A DNA stretch of 64,000 nt from an uncultured Gammaproteobacteria bacterium (GTDB taxonomy: Bacteria > Pseudomonadota > Gammaproteobacteria > Steroidobacterales > Steroidobacteraceae): the NCBI GenBank assembly GCA_963804465.1, contig CAWDQL010000011.1:3884-67883 (forward strand). The letters are read 5' to 3'. Below, one piece after another: positions 7,889-19,815 of the stretch. Below the pieces are notes generated by a model. That model had not been told where the DNA came from, did not search any database, and saw nothing but the letters and a program-made list of their open reading frames with translations. Positions within the stretch are counted from its first letter, which is position 1; each line of letters begins with the position of its first letter. A program made the translations under genes and the position numbers.

Positions 7889-9511
7889 ATGTTTCATCAA
7901 CTGCTTACGCCGGTCGGGGACAGTCTCGGGCTGTCCTTTATCGTGGCGGTGCTGCCGGTGCTGGCCGTGCTGCTGCTGCTCGGCGTGCTGCGGCGGCCTG
8001 CGTGGCAGGCGGCGCTCGCCGGATTGCTGGTCGGCCTCGTGGTCGCAGTCGGGCCGTGGCAGATGCCGTTCGGACTGGCGCTGCACTCGATGCTGCACGG
8101 CGCGACGTTTGCGCTGTGGCCGGTGATGTGGATCGTCGTCAACGCGCTCCTGCTTTACAACATCGCCGTGCACTCGGGCCGCTTCGACGCGTTCCGCTCG
8201 TGGCTCCTCACCCATCTGCCCGATGACCGCCGCGTGGTGCTGGTCGTGGTCGGGTTCTGCTTTGGAGCGCTGCTCGAGGGAATCGCCGGCTTCGGCACCC
8301 CGGTTGCGATCACGAGCTCGCTTCTCATCCTGGTCGGGTTTCCGCCGCTCGAGGCCCTGGTGTTCGTGTTGATTTTCAACACTGCGCCGGTGGCCTTCGG
8401 CGCCCTCGGTGTGCCGGTGACGGTGCTCGGGGCGGTGACCCACCTGGATGCGCCGACGCTGGGTGCGATGATCGGGCGGCAGCTGCCCGTACTGGCGGTG
8501 ATCCTGCCCTTTTACGTCATCGCGCTGTACGGCGGGTGGCGCTCGGTGCGCAAGCTCTGGCCGGTGCTGCTGGTGGCCGGCGGTAGCTTCGCCGTCGCGC
8601 AGTTCATCTCATCTAACTACATCAACTACACGCTCACTGACGTGCTCTCCTCGCTCAGCTCTCTGCTCGTGACGCTGGCCTTCGTCAAAGTCTGGCGTCC
8701 GACGCCGGAGCCGGAGTTTGCTATCAAGGGCACTACTACCGCCGGCGAGAGAGCAGCGGGCGCGGTGCCGGCATGGCAGGGGTGGCTGCCCTGGCTGATC
8801 GTCTCAGCAACCGTGATCCTGTGGACCTCGTTCTCGGTGGCGAAGAAGTTTCAGCAACAGATTCCCTGGCCCGCTCTGCACAAGGCCATCGCCATCACGC
8901 TCTACCACGACAAGCCCTATGATGCGATCTGGAACTTCCAGCCGCTCGGTACCGGCACGGCGATCCTGCTCGCCTGCGTCATCACCGCACTCCTGTTTCG
9001 GGTGTCGCCGGTAGCGTTCCTGGGCTGCGTGGCGCAGACCGTACGGCAGGTTTGGCTCGCGGTAATCACCGTGATGTTGATCATCGCGCTCGCCTACCTC
9101 ATGAACTATTCGGGCCTCGCGTACACCCTGGGGGAGGGAGCTGCGTCCACCGGTTATTTCTTCATCCTGTTCTCGCCCTTCCTCGGGTGGGTCGCGGTGC
9201 TGCTCTCGGGCAGCGATACCTCCGGCAACGCACTCTTCGGCAACCTGCAGGTAGTGGCGGCCGGGCAGCTTCACCTGAACCCCATCCTGTTCGCCGCGAC
9301 CAATTCCTCTGGTGGCGTGATGGGCAAGATGATCTCCCCGCAGAACATCGCTACCGGGGTCGCTGTGACCAAGCTCAAGGGCCACGAGGGCGCGGTATTC
9401 GCACGCATTTTCATCCACAGCATCATCCTGACACTCATGCTGGTGGCGCTGGTGGCGATCCAGCAGTTTCTGATTCCCGGTATCATTCCAAGCGCGCCCG
9501 CGACGCCCTGA
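7889..9511 (+). CDS. lctP: L-lactate permease (LctP family)
   Basis: 540 aa, polytopic. The N-terminus MFHQLLTPVGDSLGLSFIVAVLPVL and overall pattern are typical of LctP/LldP. Directly upstream of lutABC. Confidence 0.9.
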   Translation: MFHQLLTPVGDSLGLSFIVAVLPVLAVLLLLGVLRRPAWQAALAGLLVGLVVAVGPWQMPFGLALHSMLHGATFALWPVMWIVVNALLLYNIAVHSGRFDAFRSWLLTHLPDDRRVVLVVVGFCFGALLEGIAGFGTPVAITSSLLILVGFPPLEALVFVLIFNTAPVAFGALGVPVTVLGAVTHLDAPTLGAMIGRQLPVLAVILPFYVIALYGGWRSVRKLWPVLLVAGGSFAVAQFISSNYINYTLTDVLSSLSSLLVTLAFVKVWRPTPEPEFAIKGTTTAGERAAGAVPAWQGWLPWLIVSATVILWTSFSVAKKFQQQIPWPALHKAIAITLYHDKPYDAIWNFQPLGTGTAILLACVITALLFRVSPVAFLGCVAQTVRQVWLAVITVMLIIALAYLMNYSGLAYTLGEGAASTGYFFILFSPFLGWVAVLLSGSDTSGNALFGNLQVVAAGQLHLNPILFAATNSSGGVMGKMISPQNIATGVAVTKLKGHEGAVFARIFIHSIILTLMLVALVAIQQFLIPGIIPSAPATP

Positions 9512-9551
9512 GGCTGCTCATTCTGCGGAGCCGCACCTAAGGTCTACGCCC

Positions 9552-10295
9552 GTGCAAGTCGCCTTGTTCGTGCCGTGCTACGTCGACGCGTTCTTCCCCG
9601 AGGCCGCTGTGGCGACGCTCGAGCTGCTCGAACGCCTCGGCGTCGACGCCGAGTACCCGCTCGACCAGACCTGCTGCGGTCAGCCGATGGCCAACAGCGG
9701 CTGTCACGTAGAGGCCGCGGGCGCCGAGCGGCTGTTCGTGAAGAACTTCGCGGGCTTCGACTACATCGTGACACCCTCGGGCAGTTGCACCCACCACGTG
9801 CGCGAGCATCTCACCTCCATCCCGCAGACGGCCCAGGTGGCCCGGGTGCGAGCGCGCACCTTCGAGCTCGTGGAATTCCTGCACGACGTGCTCAAGGTGC
9901 GCGAGTTCCCTTGGGCGCAGTTCCCGCACAAGGTGGGCTTGCACATCGGCTGCGCGACGCTGCGGGGGCTGCGCGAGGCGAAAATGTCGGAGATCGACGA
10001 GCCGGCGTTCTCGAAGCCGCGGCAGCTGCTCGCCGCGGTCAAGGGCTTGCGCTTCGTGACACCCAACCGCCCGGACGAGTGCTGCGGATTTGGCGGCACA
10101 TTCTCGGTCTACGAGGAGCCGGTATCCGCGAAGATGGGGTACGACAAGGTGCAGGACTATGTCGGCGCCGGCGCCGAGTACATCGTCTCGCCCGACATGT
10201 CGTGCGTGATGCACCAGAAAGGTTGTGCTGAGCGTCTCGGCCTGCGGATAAAGTTCCTGCACATCGCGCAGGTACTGAACGGCGCACGGGCATGA
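9552..10295 (+). CDS. lutA: Lactate utilisation protein A (Fe-S oxidoreductase, CCG domains)
   Basis: 247 aa with Cys-rich CCG-type motifs (VPCYVD, TCCGQP, ECCGFGG, PDMSCVMH), as in LutA/YkgE. 4-nt overlap with the next gene. Confidence 0.85.
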   Translation: MQVALFVPCYVDAFFPEAAVATLELLERLGVDAEYPLDQTCCGQPMANSGCHVEAAGAERLFVKNFAGFDYIVTPSGSCTHHVREHLTSIPQTAQVARVRARTFELVEFLHDVLKVREFPWAQFPHKVGLHIGCATLRGLREAKMSEIDEPAFSKPRQLLAAVKGLRFVTPNRPDECCGFGGTFSVYEEPVSAKMGYDKVQDYVGAGAEYIVSPDMSCVMHQKGCAERLGLRIKFLHIAQVLNGARA

Positions 10296-11686
10296 AGCGC
10301 ATCGATCACGCAGAAGCGTCCTCGCGGTTCATTCGTGCGCGAGACCATATCGAGTTCCATGACAAGCGGCTATGGGACCTGCGCAAGAAGCGCGACCGCG
10401 AGAGCGAGGCGCTGCCCGAGTGGCAGGAGATGCGCGCGCTCGCCTCGGCGATCAAGGAGCATACGCTGACACACCTCGCCGACTATCTCGAGGAGTTCGA
10501 GCGGCAGGCGATCGCCAACGGGGCGCACGTGCATTGGGCCAAGGATGCTGCCGAGCACAACCAGCGGGTGTTCGACCTCCTGCATGCGCACCAGGCCAGA
10601 ACGCTGGTCAAAGCGAAGTCGATGCTCACCGAAGAGTGCGAGATGCGGCCATATCTGGAGGCGCGCGGCATCACCGTGGTAGAGACGGATCTCGGCGAGC
10701 GGATTCAGCAGCTGGACGATGAGCCGCCGAGCCACATCGTGGTGCCGGCCGTGCACAAGCTGCGCCGCGATGTGGCCGCGGTCTTCGCCCGCACGCTCGG
10801 CACCGACCCGGCCAATCATGATGTGCATTACCTCGCCGAGAGCCAGCGCCAGACGACGCGCCCGTACTTTCTGCGGGCGGATGCCGGGATGATCGGCGCG
10901 AATTTCGTCGTGGCCCGCACCGGCAGCATCGTCGTGTGCACGAACGAGGGCAACGCGGACCTCAGCATGAACCTGCCGCGGCTGGTGATCGCTTGCGTGG
11001 GAATCGAGAAGCTGGTTCCGCGGCTCGAGGACCTCGCCGTATTTATCCGCATGCTCTCACGCAATGCTCTCGGCTCGCCGATTACCCAGCTTACCTCGCA
11101 TCTGCGCGCGCCGCGGCCCGGCGCAGAGCTGCACATCGTGCTGGTCGACAATGGGCGGTCGGAGCGCCTTGGGATGCAGGACTTCTGGTACTCGCTCAAG
11201 TGCATCCGTTGCGGTGCCTGCATGAATACCTGCCCGGTATATCGGCGCAGCGGCGGTTTGAGTTATGGCGCGACTTACTCCGGACCGATCGGCGTCATCA
11301 TTGACCCGACTTTCAACCTGCGCAAATACAGTGGGCTGCCCTTCGCATCGACACTGAACGGCAGCTGCACCAACGTCTGTCCGGTCAAGATCAACATCCA
11401 TGAGCAGATCTACAAGTGGCGCAGGATTATCAGCGAGCGGCACCAGTTACCGATGGTCAAGAAGGAAGCGATGAAAATCGCCGGCCGCATCATGGCCAGC
11501 CCGCGGCTATATCGCGCTGCCATGAGCGCGGCCGGGGTCGGGGCGGAGTACCTGCCGCACTTCCTGGTGTACAACCGCCTGAATGCGTGGGGCAAGCAGC
11601 GCGAACTGCCGCAGGTCCCGCCTGCGACTTTCCGGCAGTGGTACTTGGCGAACCGGCTGAAGAAGCGTGCGGCCAAGCGAAAATGA
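10292..11686 (+). CDS. lutB: Lactate utilisation protein B (4Fe-4S, LUD domain)
   Basis: 464 aa with ferredoxin motifs CIRCGACMNTCPVY and CTNVCPVKI plus a LUD-type domain, LutB/YkgF-like. Confidence 0.9.
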   Translation: MKRIDHAEASSRFIRARDHIEFHDKRLWDLRKKRDRESEALPEWQEMRALASAIKEHTLTHLADYLEEFERQAIANGAHVHWAKDAAEHNQRVFDLLHAHQARTLVKAKSMLTEECEMRPYLEARGITVVETDLGERIQQLDDEPPSHIVVPAVHKLRRDVAAVFARTLGTDPANHDVHYLAESQRQTTRPYFLRADAGMIGANFVVARTGSIVVCTNEGNADLSMNLPRLVIACVGIEKLVPRLEDLAVFIRMLSRNALGSPITQLTSHLRAPRPGAELHIVLVDNGRSERLGMQDFWYSLKCIRCGACMNTCPVYRRSGGLSYGATYSGPIGVIIDPTFNLRKYSGLPFASTLNGSCTNVCPVKINIHEQIYKWRRIISERHQLPMVKKEAMKIAGRIMASPRLYRAAMSAAGVGAEYLPHFLVYNRLNAWGKQRELPQVPPATFRQWYLANRLKKRAAKRK

Positions 11687-12285
11687 GCAGTCGTGACGAC
11701 ATCCTCACGCGCGTTCGCCGTAACCAGCCGGCGCCCCGCGAGCTGCCCGTGATTCCGTTGTTCGACGCCGGGCGCTCCGCCTCACTGGCCACGTTCAGCG
11801 CGAGTCTCGAGCGCATGGGCGGGCGGGTGTTAGCGCCGGCACAGCCCGGAGAGCTGAACGCGTTGGTCAGCGGGCTGTTTCCGGACGCGAAAATCGTCTG
11901 TTCCGCCGTGCCCGAAGTCACCGGGAACCGTCGGCTACAGGACATCGAGGCACCCCAAGACCTCGCCGACGTCGATGTCGGAGTCGTGCGCGCCCTGTTC
12001 GGCGTGGCCGAGACCGGCTCGCTGTGGCTCAGCGAGCAGCAACTCGGGGAGAACGCCCTGGGCTTTCTATCGCAGCATCTCGTGGTACTCCTCGACCCCG
12101 AGGCGCTGGTCGTGAATCTCCACCACGCGTATCAGCATGGCGGGTTTGCCGCCGCACGCTACGCAGTGCTCATGACCGGTCCCTCCGCGACCGCCGATAT
12201 CGAAGGCGTGCTCATTCACGGCGCACAGGGGATTCGCACTCTGACCGTCGTTCCGGTCGCAGCTAACCATGTGGCGTGGTCGTGA
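11683..12285 (+). CDS. lutC: Lactate utilisation protein C (LUD domain)
   Basis: The in-frame ATG at 11683 overlaps the lutB stop (ATGA). MSSRDDILTRVRRNQP... gives 200 aa, LutC/YkgG-like. The ORF-track start at 11416 lies inside lutB. Confidence 0.85.
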   Translation: MSSRDDILTRVRRNQPAPRELPVIPLFDAGRSASLATFSASLERMGGRVLAPAQPGELNALVSGLFPDAKIVCSAVPEVTGNRRLQDIEAPQDLADVDVGVVRALFGVAETGSLWLSEQQLGENALGFLSQHLVVLLDPEALVVNLHHAYQHGGFAAARYAVLMTGPSATADIEGVLIHGAQGIRTLTVVPVAANHVAWS

Positions 12286-12529
12286 CGAAAAAGCGTGAAC
12301 TCCGCGCGCATGCCCTGGCGAGGCACGACTTATGCGGCAAGCTGAGTGTGAGCTCACGACTACCAGGAGACCCACTGCGATGTAGAGAAGACTATCCGGC
12401 TAGCCGAGTCGCCTCGACTCGGGGCCTCGCACAGAGGGGCGCCGCTCAGAGAGGCATTTGTACAGATGGCCTTGCTTGCCGAGGGTGCTAGGCTATCAGG
12501 TCAGTAGATATGGTTGTCCTGGGTTCAAA

Positions 12530-13708
12530 ATGAATATCCTCGAACGTGCTGGACGTTGCTCAAAGCCTCAGCTAAGCAAGCAGGTCTTGGCTTCCGTCTT
12601 GTTGTTGGCTTTCGCGATCTGGCCGCCCGACCTTTTGGCCTATCAAGACGCACAAGCTCCGGAGATGGCGGCAACGGCAGCGCCGCCTCCTGCGCCCCAG
12701 AGTCCCGAGCAATTGCAACAGCTGGTTGCGCCAATCGCGCTGTATCCAGATTCATTGGTAGCGCAGATTCTTGCGGCGTCCACGTTTCCCGAGCAAGTCG
12801 TCGAGGCCGATCGATGGGTACAAGCGAATCCTGGTTTACAGGGCAGCGCTTTGGGTCAAGCTCTGGACCAGCAGCCTTGGGACCCTAGCGTCAAGGCAAT
12901 CGCTGCATTTCCATCCGTCCTCGGAAATATGGACAAGAACCTGACTTGGACCTCATCGCTGGGCGACGCCTACTACAATCAGCAACAGGATGTGATGACT
13001 GCTATTCAAGTGATGCGCCAGCGGGCGCAAGCAGCGGGCAATCTGCAGAGCACGCCACAGCAAACCGTGGAGACGCAGGATTCGATGATTGCCATTGAGC
13101 CTGCTAGCCCCGATGTCGTTTACGTTCCTGCCTACGATCCGTGGTTGATTTACGGATACCCGATCGTGGCATGGCCAGGTTGGTACCCGTATCCCGGAAT
13201 CTGGTTTGCCGGTCCATATCTCTCCTTCGGGGTCGGTTTCGGAATCGGCTTCTTTGGAGGTTTTGGATGGGGTTGGGGCCATTGGGGATTCGATTGGTAT
13301 CACCGCTACCCAATTTATAACCATGCCAGGTACTACTCGCGGAGCAATACCTTTTATAACCGAAATAGCTACTACCGGGCAGGAGGCGCGCAAGGCGTAG
13401 CAACGAACGTGCAGCGCGGAGTGAGCACCAACCGAGCTGGATACGCCGAACGCCCTGCTGGCCCTGCCGGTGGACGCTCCACCGGCGTTTACAATAGCCC
13501 CGGCGCGACGCCGCACCCTTTCAGCGGAAGTGCGCCTGCTGCTCGGGGATATGCCGAACCTCATGGCGAGAGCGGCATCCGCTCGGGCGCTTTCAGCAAC
13601 TACGATCATGGCGGTGAGGTAAGAAGCTTTTCGTCACGGGGAAGCGCCAGTGTCGGTGGCGGCCACGGCGGCGGCGGCCATGCCGGCGGTGGAGGCCACC
13701 GCGGCTGA
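12530..13708 (+). CDS. DUF3300-family secreted protein with aromatic/Gly-rich C-terminal half
   Basis: The ATG at 12530 gives a signal-like start. LVAPIALYPDSLVAQILAASTFPEQVVEADRWV and WDPSVKAIAAFP are the DUF3300 signature. The tail is GWYPYPGIWFAGPYLSFGVGFGIGFFGGFGWGWGHWGFDWY ... GGGHGGGGHAGGGGHRG. Confidence 0.75.
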   Translation: MNILERAGRCSKPQLSKQVLASVLLLAFAIWPPDLLAYQDAQAPEMAATAAPPPAPQSPEQLQQLVAPIALYPDSLVAQILAASTFPEQVVEADRWVQANPGLQGSALGQALDQQPWDPSVKAIAAFPSVLGNMDKNLTWTSSLGDAYYNQQQDVMTAIQVMRQRAQAAGNLQSTPQQTVETQDSMIAIEPASPDVVYVPAYDPWLIYGYPIVAWPGWYPYPGIWFAGPYLSFGVGFGIGFFGGFGWGWGHWGFDWYHRYPIYNHARYYSRSNTFYNRNSYYRAGGAQGVATNVQRGVSTNRAGYAERPAGPAGGRSTGVYNSPGATPHPFSGSAPAARGYAEPHGESGIRSGAFSNYDHGGEVRSFSSRGSASVGGGHGGGGHAGGGGHRG

Positions 13709-13772
13709 CCGTGGTAAGCGAGGTCCCGTGACGTCCATGGCTCGTAGAGACTCGGAAATGGAGAGGCGCCAG

Positions 13773-14750
13773 ATGCGGCGAACAAAGCTGAAGATCGACA
13801 CTGGGCATGGGGCCAATCTGCCTAAACTGGCCGCAATCGCCACGCTCTTGATGGGGTGCTTTTGCCTCCGTTCCGTGGCGCAGCAACCAGGTCAGAAGAC
13901 ATTTTCATCGGCTGAGGAAGCGAGCAGCGCACTGGTCGCGGCTGTGCAGAGTGACGATGAAAAGGCGATGCTCAATTTGCTTGGTCCAGACGCAAAACAC
14001 ATCGTCTCGTCGGGGGATGAGGCCGAGGATGCCCGTAGCCGCGCTAATTTCGTGCAGAAGTATCTGGAAATGCATCGTCTGGTGAATGAGCCGGACGGAA
14101 CGACCATTCTGTATATCGGCGCGAGGAACTGGCCCACCCCCATACCGCTCGTGAATAAGGGCAATTCATGGTATTTCGACACGGAACTGGCTAAGAAGGA
14201 GATTTTGTACAGACGAGTTGGCCGGAATGAACTGTCGGCGATTCGGGTTTGCCAGGAACTCGTGGCGGCCGAAAACGAATATCGCCGCACGCAGCACGAC
14301 GAATATGCCAGCAGAATCACTAGCGATAACGGGCAACACAATGGTCTCTATTGGCAAGCGGCGGCGGGCGAACCCCAGAGTCCCGTCGGACCACTGGTGG
14401 CATCCGCGGTCGCTGAGGGCTATGCCGACGGGAAGGGCGCTCTAACTCCATACCGCGGTTATTACTTCCGTATCCTGTCGCGGCAGGGGAAACATGGCCC
14501 GGGCGGAGCGAAGAGCTACGTCATAAACGGCAAGATGACTGAAGGATTTGCCTTCACGGCTTTCCCGGCCCAATACCGGTCGTCCGGCGTAATGACCTTT
14601 ATCGTCGGCAGCGATGGAGTCATATATGAGAAGGATCTCGGGAAAGAGACCAACGATCTTGCCGGACACATGAAGACATACGATCCAGATGCTACCTGGC
14701 ACAAGGCTCAAGACACGCAAGCGAGCGCCCGCGAATCGGAAAGCAAGTAA
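13773..14750 (+). CDS. DUF2950-family secreted protein
   Basis: Start chosen at the ATG preceding the hydrophobic LAAIATLLMGCFCLRSVA. NWPTPIPLVNKGNSWYFDT, GRNELSAIRVC, DGLYW-like NGLYWQ and PYRGYYFRILSRQG..SGVMTFIV match DUF2950 as I recall it. This is the usual partner of DUF3300. Confidence 0.7.
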   Translation: MRRTKLKIDTGHGANLPKLAAIATLLMGCFCLRSVAQQPGQKTFSSAEEASSALVAAVQSDDEKAMLNLLGPDAKHIVSSGDEAEDARSRANFVQKYLEMHRLVNEPDGTTILYIGARNWPTPIPLVNKGNSWYFDTELAKKEILYRRVGRNELSAIRVCQELVAAENEYRRTQHDEYASRITSDNGQHNGLYWQAAAGEPQSPVGPLVASAVAEGYADGKGALTPYRGYYFRILSRQGKHGPGGAKSYVINGKMTEGFAFTAFPAQYRSSGVMTFIVGSDGVIYEKDLGKETNDLAGHMKTYDPDATWHKAQDTQASARESESK

Positions 14751-14873
14751 ACGGGGCTTAGACCGCGGCACTTGCTGATTGAGCTCCTGACACTCTCCAG
14801 GTCATCGGCGTCGCCGGATTTGCGACCGTAGGCTCGGCAAAGAAGTCCTGGCGGGCGTCTCACGTGAAGTCGC

Positions 14874-16832
14874 GTGCGAGCGCTCCAAGTGCGCCGTACA
14901 CTTGCTGGGCACGCTGCCCAGTCATCATGCGCAGGAGCCCTCGAAAGCTTCGGGGAGACTAACGTGAGTACTAGCGCAACTGTGCCTGAAGTCATCCTGT
15001 ACCACGGCAAAATCACGACGCTCGATGAATCGCGGCCAGAGGCCAGCGCAGTCGCTATCGCACAGGAAAGGTTTCTGGCGGTGGGCCGCGAGGAAGAGAT
15101 CGTGCCGCTGGCCGCCAAAGCGACACGCGTCATCGATCTCAAAGGCCGCAGGGCCCTGCCAGGCCTCATCGACAACCATCTGCACATTATCCGCGGCGGT
15201 CTGAATTTCAATATGGAGCTGCGGTGGGATGGTGTGCGGTCACTCGCAGTCGCGATGGAAATGCTAAAGCGCCAGGTGGCGCGTACGCCGGCGCCGCAAT
15301 GGGTGCGCGTAGTAGGTGGTTTCACCGAGCAGCAGTTTGCTGAAAAGCGCCTGCCCACCATAGCCGAACTCAACGCGGCCGCACCCGATACGCCGGTTTT
15401 CATCCTGCATCTCTACGACCGGGCGATCCTCAACGGTGCGGCGCTGCGTGCGGTTGGCTATACGAAGGCTACTCCAAATCCTCCCGCCGGCGAGATCATC
15501 CGCGACGGCGCGGGCAATCCCACGGGGCTGCTGCTTGCGAAACCCAACGCAGGCATTCTTTATGCGACTCTCGCCCGGGGGCCGAAGCTGCCGTTTGACT
15601 ACCAGCTAAACTCGACCCGCCACTTCATGCGTGAGCTCAACCGGCTCGGCGTGACGGGAGCGATTGATGCCGGAGGAGGTTTTCAGAACTACCCGGAGGA
15701 CTATGCGGTAATCGAGAAGCTGGCCGCCGACGGTAACCTGACCGTCCGCTTGGCTTACAACCTCTTTACGCAGAAGCCGAAGCAGGAGAGGGAGGATTTT
15801 CTCACCTGGACGCGCAGTTCCAAGTACAAACAGGGCGACGAATACTTTCGTCACAACGGCGGTGGGGAGATGCTGGTGTTCTCCGCGGCGGACTTCGAGG
15901 ATTTCCGCCAGCCGCGCCCGGATATGCCGCCGCAAATGGAGTCCGAGCTCGAGGAAGTCGTGCGGATTCTTGCGCAGAACCGCTGGCCGTGGCGCCTGCA
16001 TGCTACTTACGACGAAACGATCAGCCGGGCACTCGATGTGTTTGAGCGCGTGAATCGAGACATCGCCTTCGACGGTTTGCACTGGTTCTTTGATCACGCC
16101 GAAACGATCTCGGATCGCTCGATCGATCGTGTCGCGCGCCTGGGTGGCGGAATCGCCATCCAGCACCGGATGGCCTATCAGGGTGAATACTTTGTGGAGC
16201 GCTACGGAGCGCGGGCCGCCGAAAGCACGCCGCCCATTAGGAAAATCATGCGGCGAGGCGTTCGTACCTCGGCCGGGACCGATGCCACGAGGGTGGCCTC
16301 CTACAATCCGTGGGTCTGCCTCAACTGGCTCGCGACCGGTCGCACTGTCGCCGGTCTTGGCCTATACCCCGAGAGCAATTGCCTGGACCGCGAGACGGCG
16401 CTGCGGATGTGGACTGAGCGTGTCACATGGTTCTCCAACGAGGAGGACGCCAAGGGGCGCATCAAGGCAGGACAGTACGCGGATCTCATTGTGCCCGATC
16501 GGGATTATTTCGTTTGCCCGGCTGCTGAGATCGCGGACACGACTTCGGTTCTCACGATCGTCGGAGGAAAGGTGGTCTATGCCGAGGGCGAGTTTGCCTC
16601 TCTTGATGAGGCCGCGCCGCCACCGGCGATGCCGGACTGGTCTCCGGTAAGGACCTACGGAGGGTACGCCGGCTGGGCAGCTCCGACGGCTGGCCAAATG
16701 CCGAGCGGCGCACGCTGCGTGTCGGATGGGTGCCATGTGCACGGGACGGGGCAGGTCGCTTCAGCGCAGCTGCCAGTCGACGACCTGCATGCATTCTGGG
16801 GCGCGCTGGGCTGTAGCTGCTGGGCGATCTAA
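14874..16832 (+). CDS. Amidohydrolase-family metal-dependent hydrolase (Amidohydro_3 type)
   Basis: 652-aa ORF. ILYHGKITTLDE.., PGLIDNHLHIIRGG (HxH) and WRLHATYDE are typical. The start may be the GTG near 14964. Confidence 0.8.
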   Translation: MRALQVRRTLAGHAAQSSCAGALESFGETNVSTSATVPEVILYHGKITTLDESRPEASAVAIAQERFLAVGREEEIVPLAAKATRVIDLKGRRALPGLIDNHLHIIRGGLNFNMELRWDGVRSLAVAMEMLKRQVARTPAPQWVRVVGGFTEQQFAEKRLPTIAELNAAAPDTPVFILHLYDRAILNGAALRAVGYTKATPNPPAGEIIRDGAGNPTGLLLAKPNAGILYATLARGPKLPFDYQLNSTRHFMRELNRLGVTGAIDAGGGFQNYPEDYAVIEKLAADGNLTVRLAYNLFTQKPKQEREDFLTWTRSSKYKQGDEYFRHNGGGEMLVFSAADFEDFRQPRPDMPPQMESELEEVVRILAQNRWPWRLHATYDETISRALDVFERVNRDIAFDGLHWFFDHAETISDRSIDRVARLGGGIAIQHRMAYQGEYFVERYGARAAESTPPIRKIMRRGVRTSAGTDATRVASYNPWVCLNWLATGRTVAGLGLYPESNCLDRETALRMWTERVTWFSNEEDAKGRIKAGQYADLIVPDRDYFVCPAAEIADTTSVLTIVGGKVVYAEGEFASLDEAAPPPAMPDWSPVRTYGGYAGWAAPTAGQMPSGARCVSDGCHVHGTGQVASAQLPVDDLHAFWGALGCSCWAI

Positions 16833-16834
16833 CG

Positions 16835-17100
16835 CGGCGGCTTTCGCGCAAGCGTCACGGGATCTGGGGTTGCATCCGAACGTTCTGCGCAAGTGGGTAA
16901 AGGATTCCAGGGAGAACGCCGAGCAGGCCTTCCCTGGTCCGCACGGGGCGGCTCCCAACATGGGAATAGAGTCCTTCCGTCAACTTGCCGACGGCGCTGG
17001 CAAAGTCAGGGAAGGAAGCAGGGTACCCGTCGAGGTCAGGAGATCTCTTAGTGATTCGCGCTGCGTGAGCGAACAACCTAAGACGAGACTCCAAGCTGCT
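16835..17100 (+). pseudogene. Remnant of an IS3-family transposase OrfA
   Basis: ORF 16726..17106 contains AAAFAQASRDLGLHPNVLRKWVKDSRENAEQAFPGPHG, which matches the IS3/IS911 OrfA HTH-to-FPG region. It has no start, no OrfB and a decayed leucine-zipper part. Confidence 0.55.
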
Positions 17101-17331
17101 GGTTGACCATGACCCGGAGGCGCGGCATTGCTAGAGCACTACTCGATAGGACTTTAGTTGCCGCACTGACTTGACCGCTCCGCAACATTTTGGAGGACAG
17201 GCTCACAACCGGCGGCTAGGGTTGCGCAGAAGCTTTCAAGAACCGACTCCAGCTGAGTCATCTCCATAGACATCTAGCCCAAAGAAAAGCCGTCCACCAA
17301 CGTCCAAGTTTCAATCACAGGGGGCAGGGTT

Positions 17332-17383
17332 CGCGCAGCCGCGACCTGGTCCGGGAATCACCCAGCCAACTCGCGGCTGCGCG
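17332..17383 (-). terminator. Perfect 13-bp inverted repeat 32 nt downstream of katG (possible terminator)
   Basis: cgcgcagccgcga (17332-17344) and tcgcggctgcgcg (17371-17383) with a 26-nt loop. No clear U-tract follows, so confidence is low. Confidence 0.35.
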
Positions 17384-17415
17384 GGATAGGAACCCTTAGG
17401 CCCTATCTTCCGGGA

Positions 17416-19698
<2,283 letters not shown>

Positions 19699-19815
19699 TC
19701 AATAGAAAGGCTCTATCGTGACCACGGGGGCGGGAACGGCGACGTTGGCGGAATTTGAACGGAATCCACGAATCTCGCGACTCAAAGCACAGTTCCAACG
19801 TCATGGAGAGTAGCA

